Below are positions 21,452 to 31,611 of a stretch of DNA of 64,000 nucleotides, piece by piece. Both the position numbers and the translations under genes were made by a program. Within the stretch, counting starts at the first letter, position 1, and each line of letters begins with the position of its first letter. Source of the stretch: an uncultured bacterium (GTDB lineage Bacteria > Auribacterota > Erginobacteria > Erginobacterales > Erginobacteraceae); assembly GCA_963822585.1 (NCBI GenBank), contig CAWGIE010000011.1:136672-200671 (forward strand), in the 5' to 3' direction. The notes below the pieces were generated by a model. It searched no databases. It was not told the origin of the DNA and worked only from the letters and a program-made list of their open reading frames with translations.

Positions 21452-24080
21452 TTAAGGAGTTGGTCCTGGGGTGGGTGTTGGACTAACTAATTGTATATTC
21501 AAGTGAGCAACACCGGCGGAAAATTCTGCCCATGTGTAATTAGTATAACTTGTTCTTATAAGCAAGCCTAAAGCCCAACCGCTAGTCCAATTAGTAGAAA
21601 GTACTTCTTGAACCGGGGCAGTCACATCTAATGGCATCCAGCCAAGTTCACATTATCTCCCTGAATAATTTACTGTTCGATAATTATGCCATCTATACCA
21701 TATATCACACTCAGAAGCATAATTAGGTGCATCTCTCTCTTCTCCATAAACACTTATTATAGGGGGGCCACCATCTTGAAGATCACTACAATATAAATAT
21801 AATATTGCTGATTTAACTGCAGTTGGGGATCCTATATCTACATTTTGAAACCGTAAGCCAGCAGCCGTTTGTCGACTCCATTGTACATTATGTTGTACGT
21901 AATAATAATCTATGCTATTACAGTCTAAACACCATCCCCCAGATGTAAATTGGGCAAAACCTTCATCTTCAGGATCGATTATAGTATATATCCTATTCCC
22001 TATCGAAGTGGGGGAAGGAGTTGGAGGCGGGGTAGTGGTAGGAGTCAACGCCATTTGTGGAGAAGTACAACTAAAGAAACTGGCCGGATCTTCCTGAGTG
22101 CGATAACTGGTAAGGATCCAGTCATTGCTCCGGGCTATGCTGGAGAACCTCATCTCATCCAGGTTTCCTTTCCATTTGGTCACTCCGCCCCGGCCATTCC
22201 CCAGAAGGAGATCGAAGTTTCCGCCCGTATCCAGACTCCCGGAGACTGACTGAGAAGCTTCCTCTACCCCATCTACCAGGATCTTAATGTTGCTCCCATC
22301 GTACTTAGCCACTACATAGTACCAAGTATCCGCACCCAGATTCAGGCCGGAAGTAGTCAGAACCCGAAGGTTTCCGCTAATATGAAAATATGCCGATAGT
22401 TCGTCGTTGTCCTTCCCCAAAAAGCTATAGGCATAACTATAGTGGGTATCAAACAGACCCGGGAATGATGCTGCGTAGGGAATATCTTCCGGATTGATCC
22501 AGGTCTCCATCGTAATGTTAGTCGGCTTCAAGCTGCTATCATCGGTCACGGTGAAGAAGTCAGAAGAACCGTCCAAATCGTACGCTCCGTCTATCTCCCC
22601 TCCCGTGCTCGATGTCCACCCCGTATCTTGTTGCGAACGGCCGTTATTTCCTTCAACGGTTGAGTCGCCCACGGCAATGCCCATCCCCTCTCCCAGATGC
22701 CATACTCCATTAAAGTTCGAATCCCAGGTGTTGGTGATGTCCTGCTGATCGGAGGCACTGCTGTTCCCGTAATACATATAGAAGACCGTATCCGTCTGGG
22801 AAGAAAGCTGCGGCACGCTCACCCACGCTATCAATTGGCCGGTCTGGGTATGGGAGTTATAATCCTCGATTTCATGGGACCATTTATCCTCCTTGTCTCC
22901 CGGCGCAAATAGGATGTCGTTGCCGCTGGTCTGTGCATACCAGAAGACCTGGCTCTGTGTCGGATTAAGCAATATTAGAACCGGGAAGAAACTCTGATCG
23001 GAAGGAACCCGGTCCGCATCTATAGTGATCTTCTCCCGGTAGCCCCAATCGGTGAACCAGCCCGGAGTGGGAGTAGGCGTCGGTGTTACAGAAGGTATCG
23101 GCGACGGGGAGCCAGTGCCTCGTTTACTACTTGTTTTGAGCATAAACACATTGGTCGTTAACTCTGATCCGCCTTCCTCTGCCTTCGCAATCTCTTCCGT
23201 ATTCCCAAGCTTCGGCTCTGGTCCCCAGTAATATCCCGGCAGGGGAATGTCCACATCCCCTCCATAATAGAATTGGGTTATACCCCTGATAGCCCAAACT
23301 CCTCCGATGGGATTAAAAATCGTGAGATCACTGATACCGGCCTCCAGATAATCTAAGGGAGATGGGATCGCTCCGGAATCACCGAAATAAACCCTGGTGA
23401 GATTCCTTATTAACCATAAACCGGAACTCTTCCGATATAGAGCAACCTCGGAAACGCCGTCCCCGTCATAATCACCAGGAATAGGCATATCCTCCTTACG
23501 GCCAAAATAGAGCCGGGTTGTCTCCCGGATCGCCCACAGACCGGAAGCAGACCGAAAGATACCGATATCACTGCAGCCATCCCCATCAAAGTCACCGAGC
23601 ACCGGAAAATCACCTTTCGCCCCGAACCATTGGCTCTCGATTCCGTGTATTGCCCACATCCCCGTCTGGGGCCGGTATATAGCTATATCCCAAACTCCAT
23701 CGCCGTCATAATCCCGAGCGATCGGAAGATCGTCTGGCTGCCCGAAGTATTCCCGGGGTAATCCTCTCACCATCCACAGCCCTAAAGCTGAACGAAAAAG
23801 AGCAATATCAGTTGTCCCATCTCCATCATAATCACCGGCAAATGGATAGTCCGATCCCAGACCAAAGGTAACAGTAGTGATGTCTCGAATATGCCAGGTC
23901 CCATCCACGGGCCGGAAGACGCAGATACTTCCAAGCCGTCTCCATCGAAATCCCTCCCGGGAGAAAAATCGAAGGAGGATCAGTATCACAAAAGGCTCTT
24001 TCACCAAGGAAAGGATAGGTTAAACAAAGCATTAACTCACATAGAACCAATGCGAGGATAAACAATCGTAAATATTTCAT
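21452..24080 (-). pseudogene. Disrupted secreted protein: signal peptide, 6 FG-GAP/VCBS-like repeats, PT linker, DUF2341-like + LamG-like domains, C-terminal domain
   Basis: Signal peptide (ATG 24080), first DFDGDG and the main ORF lie in three different frames. In-frame TAA at 21653-21655 is followed by CELGWMPLDVTAPVQ..PTP. Confidence 0.7.
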
Positions 24081-24827
24081 CTACTTATCCCATGTTCAAT
24101 TTGAGCGTTTCAATTTGTAATGAGCTGCGATAAAAGAGAAAAAAATCCCGAACGAGAATCCCCCGTTCGGGAATACACAGTATCTTATTTGGTACGGCGG
24201 CTATATTACAGAGTGGAGAATCAGCTTTGATCACTCGATTCATGCCATCTCCAGATTGGAAATAATTCAATTAGGGAACCAAGGGCAGCATATGTACCGG
24301 GCTTTGAAAGGAAAAAAATGAAATATTTTCATTCTTGTCAACTATTATCTTGCATATTCGTTCAATATTAACAAAACAAGAACTTGAACATTATATAATT
24401 CACTGCTTTCAGCAATCGCACGGCGAATTCCTGTATCTGTTCCCGGATATTGAAGAGAATCTTCCCTGGAACTAAAATACACTACGCATTAGACAAATCG
24501 TTTCGATCGAAACGATTTGTCTAATACGCTCATGGTTAAAAGCATGAGAAGGATCCGGAATGCGGCGGCGGAATGAGGGGGTAAAAATATCGGTTGGGGG
24601 GTACAGACGGAGTACGATAGCTACTGAACTGATTCACCCACGGGCAAACCCGTGAGGGTCTTTGGTTGCTGGGTGCTTTGTAGCTGATAAACAAATTCAC
24701 CCACGACGTGAGAAAGCCGATACGACCGGCCTTAACCCGATTTATGCCAGCCTACCGGCAATGAATTACAGCCAGATGGCTCATTCTGGCGGCAATCTTA
24801 ACCGAAAGAATAACCAGGAACTGCGAT

Positions 24828-25280
24828 TCAGTTACGATTCGTTGCCGTGCCAAGCGGCAAGCCCATCAATTCAGCCCCTTGCCGCATACGCCGGTCTGTC
24901 GTGATAATTTCACTGCATTTGGCCGTCAGAGCCGTGCCCAGGTGAATTCCATCGAGCGTTCGGAGCATCACGGGAGGCTTCCGCTTATAACAGCGCCGCG
25001 CGATTTCAACAGCTTGAGCAAATACATCATGTCCAACAGCCAGCAGCACCAGACGTCCTTTTTCAACATCGGCGCGAAACTTTTGGTGCAGCCGATCGGC
25101 CCATCCCATTTTGATATAGCCGCGAATCTCCTTCTGGCAAAGAGCATAGAACAACTCCGTATCGAGCACCTCGCTTGAAAAAAGAGGTCCACTGGATTCA
25201 TCAGCCATGCTCAGATAGACTCCGGAGTCATCTTCCGGTGTGTAAAGCTTAAGCACACAAGAAGTGTCCCAATAGATCAA
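24828..25280 (-). CDS. PIN-domain (VapC-like) toxin
   Basis: IYWDTS..K, LRTLDGIHL, TTDRR; TTG start overlaps the antitoxin stop. Confidence 0.88.
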   Translation of the reverse strand: MIYWDTSCVLKLYTPEDDSGVYLSMADESSGPLFSSEVLDTELFYALCQKEIRGYIKMGWADRLHQKFRADVEKGRLVLLAVGHDVFAQAVEIARRCYKRKPPVMLRTLDGIHLGTALTAKCSEIITTDRRMRQGAELMGLPLGTATNRN

Positions 25281-25528
25281 GAGCGTTCCTCCCGAAGCTG
25301 ATCCAGGATTGCCTGGGAACCGGCAATTCTCTTTCCCGCGCTGCACTTACGATGCAATGATTTCAGCTCCTTTTTCCAACCGGCCATGTCGACAGCCGAC
25401 AGCGCATGAATTGCCGAGAGTCTTGCCTTGGGTTTTCCTCTCACGGTGATGATCACCTCTTCGCCGGTTTGCGCCAAAGCTATCAAGGCGCTCAGCTTCG
25501 TTTTGCTTTCTCTCAGAGTTGTTATCAT
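25277..25528 (-). CDS. Phd/YefM-family antitoxin
   Basis: LRESKTKLSALI..GEEVIITVRGKPKARL. Confidence 0.88.
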   Translation of the reverse strand: MITTLRESKTKLSALIALAQTGEEVIITVRGKPKARLSAIHALSAVDMAGWKKELKSLHRKCSAGKRIAGSQAILDQLREERS

Positions 25529-25534
25529 GTGACC

Positions 25535-25564
25535 AATGTAGTGCGATTCCCCGGCGCAAGTCAA
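25535..25564 (-). promoter_or_regulatory. Possible sigma70 promoter giving a leaderless TA transcript
   Basis: TTGACT-N18-TACATT, 6 nt before the antitoxin ATG; no SD sequence. Confidence 0.4.
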
Positions 25565-25646
25565 CATATTTTCGTTCGATATTCCACCAATATCGTCCAT
25601 CGATCACAACGACGATATGACTCCCTGTATCCAACTTATTAACGCG

Positions 25647-25676
25647 AAAGAACCGCCTCAGGGAGGCGGTTCTTTT
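25647..25676. terminator. Intrinsic terminator downstream of tRNA-Gln (bidirectional shape)
   Basis: AAAGAACCGCCTC-AGG-GAGGCGGTTCTTTT. Confidence 0.75.
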
Positions 25677-25677
25677 A

Positions 25678-25748
25678 CTGCGGGACCAGGATTCGAACCT
25701 GGACTAAGTGATCCAGAGTCACCCGTCCTACCATTAGACGATCCCGCA
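25678..25748 (-). tRNA. tRNA-Gln(CTG)
   Basis: TGCGGGATCGTCTAATGGTAGGAC..GGTGACTCTGGATCACT..GGTTCGAATCC..CCCGCAG. Confidence 0.95.
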
Positions 25749-25852
25749 TAAAATTTTTCTTCGAAAAATTTTAGTTAAACTATCATGCCATAATTGATAA
25801 ATCAAGCCGCATGACGCCGGATTAATACCATCCCACCTCGATCTTCCCTCCG

Positions 25853-26413
25853 TTATTCCGCCACCGGTTCTCCCGGGGGGACCTCGTCCTCGGCCAGTTT
25901 GGCGATATAGGGCAGGTGACGAAAACGATCCCGGTAATCCAGGCCGTATCCATAGATAAAAACATCGGGGATCGTGAAACCGATATAATCCGCCTCGACG
26001 GCGATAATCCTCTTCGCCTCCTTCCGCAAGAGAACGCAGATCTTGACCGACCGCGGGTTGAATTTCTGAAGATGCTCTTTGACCCAGCCCAGCGTCCGGC
26101 CTGAATCAAGGATATCATCCACCACCAGGACGTCCTTGCCCTGGATATCGATGCTGATCTCCTTCTCCAGGGTGACCATCCCCAGAGACGTCCGGGAATA
26201 GCCGTAACTGCTGACCCCGATGAAGTCAAAGGCCAGTGGCCGGGAAAAGCCCCGGACCAGGTCGGCCAGGAAGAGGACACTTCCCTTCAGCACGGCCACC
26301 ACCACCAGGTCCTTGCCCCGGTAATCCCTCTCGATGGCCGTCACCATCCGGGTGATCCTCCGGCGGATCTCCCGGGAAGAGAAGAGAACATGGGCCGTTT
26401 TTTTTTCTTTCAC
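25853..26413 (-). CDS. hpt: Hypoxanthine phosphoribosyltransferase
   Basis: VLKGS..FLADL, VLVVDDILDSGRT, FIYGYGLDY..RHLPYI. Confidence 0.95.
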   Translation of the reverse strand: MKEKKTAHVLFSSREIRRRITRMVTAIERDYRGKDLVVVAVLKGSVLFLADLVRGFSRPLAFDFIGVSSYGYSRTSLGMVTLEKEISIDIQGKDVLVVDDILDSGRTLGWVKEHLQKFNPRSVKICVLLRKEAKRIIAVEADYIGFTIPDVFIYGYGLDYRDRFRHLPYIAKLAEDEVPPGEPVAE

Positions 26414-26436
26414 TGCGATTCTTTTCCCGGTAATGG

Positions 26437-26592
26437 TTAACGTTGCCGGCAGAAGTAGATCTTTGGCTGTAATTCATTGCCAAAGAATTTGATAAAATTA
26501 ATGTCTTTTCGTGTAGCTGTTCAATGAAGCGTGGTCATGGTTCAAAACTAACTCGATTGCGGCCTGTCGCTCGACAGGCCGCAATCGAGTTA
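26437..26592 (-). repeat. Dispersed hairpin-plus-tail element (copies 49961-50100, partial 24732-24814)
   Basis: Shared GGCAATGAATTACAGCCA core and a TAAC(C/T)CGAT hairpin arm. Confidence 0.85.
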
Positions 26593-26751
26593 ATCGGCTT
26601 CCTCGAACTGATCCTTGCCCACGCCGCAGACCGGGCAGACCCAGTCGGCCGGGAGATCCTCGAAAGCCGTTCCCGGTTCAACCCCGCCGTCAGGGTCTCC
26701 CTGTTCAGGATCATAGATATAACCGCAGACCGTACATTGCCATTTTTTCAT
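26590..26751 (-). CDS. Rubredoxin (53 aa)
   Basis: Not in the ORF track. [62 protein letters not shown]. Confidence 0.95.
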   Translation of the reverse strand: MKKWQCTVCGYIYDPEQGDPDGGVEPGTAFEDLPADWVCPVCGVGKDQFEEAD

Positions 26752-26834
26752 CGTTTTTCTCCTCCTGTTGGGGGTTGCCAGAGATCTTTCTCTTCACAAT
26801 GACGATTCAACCTATTTTATGCTTTTCTCGGTAA

Positions 26835-26882
26835 TTTTTGCTTCCTCTTCCCGGTCGCGACCGGGAAGAGGAAGCAAAAATT
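26835..26882. terminator. Long hairpin/terminator at the dnaJ stop
   Basis: TTTTTGCTTCCTCTTCCCGGTCG/CGACCGGGAAGAGGAAGCAAAAA. Confidence 0.65.
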
Positions 26883-28010
26883 AACCGGAGAAGTCCTTTA
26901 AGATCTCCTTCTGCTTCGAGCTCAGTTTCCGGGGTATGGTCACATCGACGGTAACGAATAAATCTCCCTTCCTGGTTGTCCCCGGTTTGGGCGCCCCCTG
27001 CTTCTTCAGCCTGAGAACGGTACCCGGCTGCGTCCCCGGAGGGATCTTCAGAGTAGCCTCCCCGGTCAAAGTCCGAACGGCGGCCGATCCCCCCAGAGCG
27101 GCGGTGGCCATATCGACCGAAACATGCGTGTAAAGGTCGGCGCCTTTCCGGGAAAAAAACGGGTTTTCCCCGACGGCGATCGTAAGGATCAGGTCGCCGG
27201 GAGACCCCCCTCCGGGGCCCGGTTCCCCCTGCCCTCTCAGACGGATCTTCGCTCCCGAAGAAACCCCGGCCGGGATCTTGACCGCCACTTTTCTGGTGAC
27301 CGGGGCCACTCCGTTGCCGCCGCAGCGGGGGCAGGGGTGCTGGATGATCATCCCTTTCCCGTAACAGCGGGGACAGGGCCGGCTGATGCCGAACCCTCCC
27401 TGGGCCATGGTAACCGTGCCGGTGCCGTGGCACTGGGGGCAGACTTCAGGGGTGCTCCCCGCCGCGGCCCCGGAACCTCCGCAATCGGGGCAATTCTCAT
27501 GGCGCTGTACGGTAAGCCGCACTTTCCCTCCCCGTATCGCCTGATCGAAGGTGATCGCCACCGCAGCCGAGAGGTCCTTGCCCCGCTGGGGAGCGGAGCG
27601 GGCCTGGCGGAAATGCTCCCCCTGATCCATGAACTGGCTGAAGATATCCCCCAGCCCCCCGAGGCCGCCGAGATCTTCATAGTGAACGGTCCTTTCTCTC
27701 CCCCCCCTCCCCGCGCGGCCTGCCGGAAGAGATCGTTCAGATCGAAACCGGCGCCGCTGAAGTCAAACCCCCCGGGACGGAATCCCTGGGAGAATGCCTC
27801 CTTCATCTGATCGTACTGCTTCCGCTTCTTCTCATCCCCCAGGATATCGTAGGCCTGGGAGATCTCCTTGAAGTGTTCTTCCGCCTGCTTGTCGCCGGGA
27901 TGAGTATCCGGATGGCATCCCTTGGCCAGCTTCCGGTAGGCCTTCTTGATCTCCGCCGCGGAGGCCGATTTCGAGACTCCGAGAATTTTATAATAGTTCT
28001 TCTGGTCCAT
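26881..28010 (-). CDS. dnaJ: DnaJ-family chaperone, frameshifted at the G8 run (27700-27707)
   Basis: J domain with HPD in one frame; GDIFSQF, four CxxCxGxG motifs and the C-terminal domain in another. Adding one G joins them. Confidence 0.88.
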
Positions 28011-28133
28011 TTAAAATTTTCCTTCGGAAAATTTTAAGAAGTTAAATGCAACATTAACAAAACAGTACCGTTTGTCAAGCTGTCCGCGCCGGCCGTCGTG
28101 GTTACTCGACTTTTCCCTTCCGGCGGATCGCCG

Positions 28134-29942
28134 TCATTCGCCCCCCGTGACCCTCGCATTTGATTTTCGATGGGTCAGGAGATCAGTCAATCTGTCAATG
28201 ATCTGTTGATTATCGGGGAGAATGGCATACGCCTTGCTCATAGCGTCCAGGGCCTTATCCATCTTCCCCCCTTTCTCATAGGTCAGGGATAAGTTATACC
28301 AGGCCTCCGGACTGTTCTTCCAGTATTCCAGAGCCTGTTTGAACATGGCTTCCGCTTCTGACAGATTCCCCTGATTGCCGTAGAGGACGCCTCGATTTAA
28401 ATACGCCTCGCTCAGGCCCCGGTTAATTTTCAGCGCTTCCCGGTAAACCTGAGACGCACGGCTATACTCTCCTTTGTCAAAGAGGGAATAAATAGATTTT
28501 TCGACCCGGTCCTGAAAAGCGTGAAATTCACTGTCATATTCGCCTTTCTCGGTTAAAGCGATAGACCAAATCAGATAAATATCCATAAAGTCGGGCTTGA
28601 TCTGCAATGCCCGGCGAATATATTCCAGGGCGTCGTCGATCTTTCCTTCCTTAACCTTTTTTATGGCGGCGTTGTTGTAGGCACGGAGCATAAATATTTC
28701 AATCACCGGGGAGTGGGGATAACGATCATAGGCCCGGCGGGTCAAGCCGACGTCCTGGTCCCAGAGTCCGGTGTATTGAACCGTCCGGACAATGAGAAAG
28801 CCGGTCCAGACACCGGCGAGCACGGCCGCCGGCCACCGGAAACGGCGGGAATCCCACCCCCTGACGATGACCCAGGCCACACCCAGAAGAAGCGGGATAA
28901 TCACTATATGCAGGTACCGGTCCGCCAGAACGGTGGCGCCGGAACGGACCAGGCCACCGTTGGGAAGGAGGGTGGCGATAAAAATGAGCGCCCCGCTGAT
29001 GAAGGCGGGATTCTTTTTCCGTTTTATTACCGCCCAGATAAAAAATCCGATAATGATCAGAGCGGAGAAGATAATGAGACGGGGATTGTCCGTCAGATCG
29101 AGCGGATAAATAGGGAGCAGGACCCGGGGGAAGATCGTCTTCCAGAGATAAAACCCGATCACGGCCGGGAATTCAAGCAGGTTATGGAGCACCGAAGCCA
29201 CCCCGGCGGGATGCATGATCCCGACCTGGCGGCGGATCTGGATAATTTTAACCGTCGTCAGCAGGGCAATGATCAAGAAGGGGACCTTTTCCGCCAGGTT
29301 ACGCTTCCAGGCTTCTCTCCGAAAACGCCGCAGAGGATAGTAATCCAGGATCAGGAGCACCAGCGGCAGCGAAACCGAAAAGGGTTGGGAAAGAGCCGCG
29401 CCCAGAGCGCAGAAGATTGCCAGGAGGTACCATTTGAAGGCAGCGGAACCGTCCCATTTCAGATACATGAGGACACTGAGCAGGTAGAAGCAGGCGCAGA
29501 TAATGTATTCCCGGGGGGTGATCCAGGCCACCACCTCCACCTTCAGGGGATGGACTCCGAACAAGAGAGCGACCAGCCCGGCGACCGCGAGCCGGCGGGA
29601 GGAGGGGCAGCCGGCCCGGGCCATCACTCTCTCCAGGACCAGGAAAACCAGCGCGACATTGATCAAGAAGAAGAGATAGCTGGTCAGATGATGGCCGAAG
29701 GGGTTGAACCGCCAGAACGTGTAATCAAAGGAATTGGTCAAGAGGCGGATCGGCGTGTACTCGGCTTCGACGATTTCCGTGAACGCCCGGGTGAAGAGAC
29801 TGAAGGAGAACTCGCTTTGGAACGGGTTCTGAAAAACGTGAATCAGGTCCCAGAATAAGTTGAACCCCAGAAAAAGGCTCCCGCTCTGCACCAGGGCAGT
29901 AATTCCTAGTACCAAGGCAAGGATAATCACCTTCTTCTTCAT
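28134..29942 (-). CDS. TMTC-like GT-C membrane protein with C-terminal TPR repeats
   Basis: YTPIRLL, HPLKVEVVAWI, ADRYLH, followed by TPRs. Confidence 0.8.
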   Translation of the reverse strand: MKKKVIILALVLGITALVQSGSLFLGFNLFWDLIHVFQNPFQSEFSFSLFTRAFTEIVEAEYTPIRLLTNSFDYTFWRFNPFGHHLTSYLFFLINVALVFLVLERVMARAGCPSSRRLAVAGLVALLFGVHPLKVEVVAWITPREYIICACFYLLSVLMYLKWDGSAAFKWYLLAIFCALGAALSQPFSVSLPLVLLILDYYPLRRFRREAWKRNLAEKVPFLIIALLTTVKIIQIRRQVGIMHPAGVASVLHNLLEFPAVIGFYLWKTIFPRVLLPIYPLDLTDNPRLIIFSALIIIGFFIWAVIKRKKNPAFISGALIFIATLLPNGGLVRSGATVLADRYLHIVIIPLLLGVAWVIVRGWDSRRFRWPAAVLAGVWTGFLIVRTVQYTGLWDQDVGLTRRAYDRYPHSPVIEIFMLRAYNNAAIKKVKEGKIDDALEYIRRALQIKPDFMDIYLIWSIALTEKGEYDSEFHAFQDRVEKSIYSLFDKGEYSRASQVYREALKINRGLSEAYLNRGVLYGNQGNLSEAEAMFKQALEYWKNSPEAWYNLSLTYEKGGKMDKALDAMSKAYAILPDNQQIIDRLTDLLTHRKSNARVTGGE

Positions 29943-30125
29943 AATTAAAAAATACTCTTCGGCGTGACTTTTAACCTCGAAGGTCACGAAGGGATAAAAT
30001 AATAGAACTAGTATTTCAAGTCTTACTATTTTTCTTCTTATTCTTCGTGCTCTTCGTGATCTTCGTGGTGATTATCTGTTTTTGAAAAGTGTTATAGTTT
30101 TGAAGAAGGTCATTCTCTAAATGAG

Positions 30126-31532
30126 TCAGAGACGGAAGTCGACATTGCAGGTCGCACCGGTCTTTTGCACCTTCACCGTCTTTACCAGATCGTGGTCAGG
30201 GATTCCCACCCGGTACTCCCCTTCCCCCATCAGGAGCCGGGAAAGCCGGTAGTAGCCGGCCGTGTCCGTTGTGTCGGAGGCCAGCAGCTTCCCGGCGGAG
30301 CGGCCCTCTACCGTGACTCCCTCGAGCGGGTTTCCTTTTCCATCCAGCACCCTCCCGGAAACGGCGACGACCCGGTCCCGGATGATATGAAGATAGATCT
30401 CGCCGAAGCCCGTGTAGGGATACCCCCCGGTATAGAGAGTGCCGCTCGCGCTGTGGTCCCGGGTGGTGGGCGGGGCGGAAGCGAGGGGTTCGATGGCGGT
30501 ATCTTCATTCCACTCGTTCCAGGAGGTGATCATGATCAGGGGGACTTCCGGGTCCACATAAGGGATTCCCAGCCGGTCGAAGAGCATCGAGAAGAGTGAC
30601 CCGGCCCCGGCGGCCGCATCCCATAACCGGGGGATAATGTAATGGTCCCGGCGATTGCGCAGGGGCCGGTCATTGTAGCCGGGGATCAGGTCCGGTATGA
30701 AGACGACATCATCGCCGCAGGCAGCCCGGTATCTATCGTACATCTTTTCCACCTCCGGGATGTATCTGCTCGAGGCGGCATATCCCTCATGTCCCGATTT
30801 CTCGGTCTCATACATATTATAGGCGGTAATGCCGTCGAAAAGCTCGATCCTTCCCCTCTGCGGGGTTTCGACCCATCGCGGGGAATTATCACTCTCTCCC
30901 TCCTCGGCGGTTACCCGCCAGAACATCTCATCGGCGATAATAAACGGATCGACCCCCCGGGCCCGAAGCGCCTGACGGGCCCGGGAAATCGCTTTCCGGG
31001 TGTCTCCCGCGAAGTTCCTGGTCAGATAGAGAAAAACAACCGGACGGCCGTCGATCCGCAGGTAGTCGGGGCGTCGGAAATAGGTCGTGGAGAAACCGAG
31101 CAGGTCCGAGACAAACCGATCGATCTTTTCATCGGTCCAGATAACCGCTCCGGAAGCCCGGTCGACGCCCAGGGCCTGGGTTTCGTAAAAAATACACCAG
31201 CTGATGTCTCCGATATTCTTCGCCCGCAGAAAACCCTTATCCAAGACTTCATTCTGGCGCGGACGGGAGGGCCACCAGTCGACCACCAGGAAGTCGATCC
31301 CGTAGCGGGAACACCAGGCGATGTGCCGTTCGGCGACCTTCGGATCTCTGGAATCATAGATCCCCAGGACCGGTTCCTGGGGCGGATCAAGGTACCCGCG
31401 GAGGTATCCTTTTTTCTGAAAGTTGTAGGGGAACCAGAGATAGTAATAGGCCCCGATCAGGTACTGCTTCGGCGGCGCCTGTCCGCAGCCGGCGATCAAG
31501 ACAACCAGCAAGAAATATTTTATTATTGACAT
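30126..31532 (-). CDS. Lipoprotein with GH99/GH71-like glycoside hydrolase domain and C-terminal carboxypeptidase-regulatory-like domain
   Basis: LIAGC lipobox, GAYYYLWF, LGIYDSRD, ITSWNEWNEDTAIEP. Confidence 0.8.
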   Translation of the reverse strand: MSIIKYFLLVVLIAGCGQAPPKQYLIGAYYYLWFPYNFQKKGYLRGYLDPPQEPVLGIYDSRDPKVAERHIAWCSRYGIDFLVVDWWPSRPRQNEVLDKGFLRAKNIGDISWCIFYETQALGVDRASGAVIWTDEKIDRFVSDLLGFSTTYFRRPDYLRIDGRPVVFLYLTRNFAGDTRKAISRARQALRARGVDPFIIADEMFWRVTAEEGESDNSPRWVETPQRGRIELFDGITAYNMYETEKSGHEGYAASSRYIPEVEKMYDRYRAACGDDVVFIPDLIPGYNDRPLRNRRDHYIIPRLWDAAAGAGSLFSMLFDRLGIPYVDPEVPLIMITSWNEWNEDTAIEPLASAPPTTRDHSASGTLYTGGYPYTGFGEIYLHIIRDRVVAVSGRVLDGKGNPLEGVTVEGRSAGKLLASDTTDTAGYYRLSRLLMGEGEYRVGIPDHDLVKTVKVQKTGATCNVDFRL

Positions 31533-31554
31533 TGAAAACCGAGGAACTAACCAC

Positions 31555-31611
31555 ACTTTAGGTATTTTAGGCACTTTAGGCACTTTAGGCACTTTAGGCA
31601 CTTTAGGCACT
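31555..31611. repeat. 9-bp tandem repeat (CACTTTAGG), about 6 copies
   Basis: Directly visible; creates the spurious PKVPKV ORF extension. Confidence 0.9.

Noticed and set aside
21452..22010. Diversity-generating retroelement variable region
   Set aside because: No template repeat or reverse transcriptase recognised in the window.
24635..24660. REP/IS200-like hairpin CCCACGGGCAAACCCGTGAG (another GC-rich hairpin at 42142-42189)
   Set aside because: Isolated hairpins with no associated transposase; cannot be assigned to an element.
31533..31610. N-terminal ORF extensions such as MPKVPKVPKV (also at 1857, 29987, 37041, 42073)
   Set aside because: They are translations of intergenic repeats; downstream ATGs give proper N-termini.
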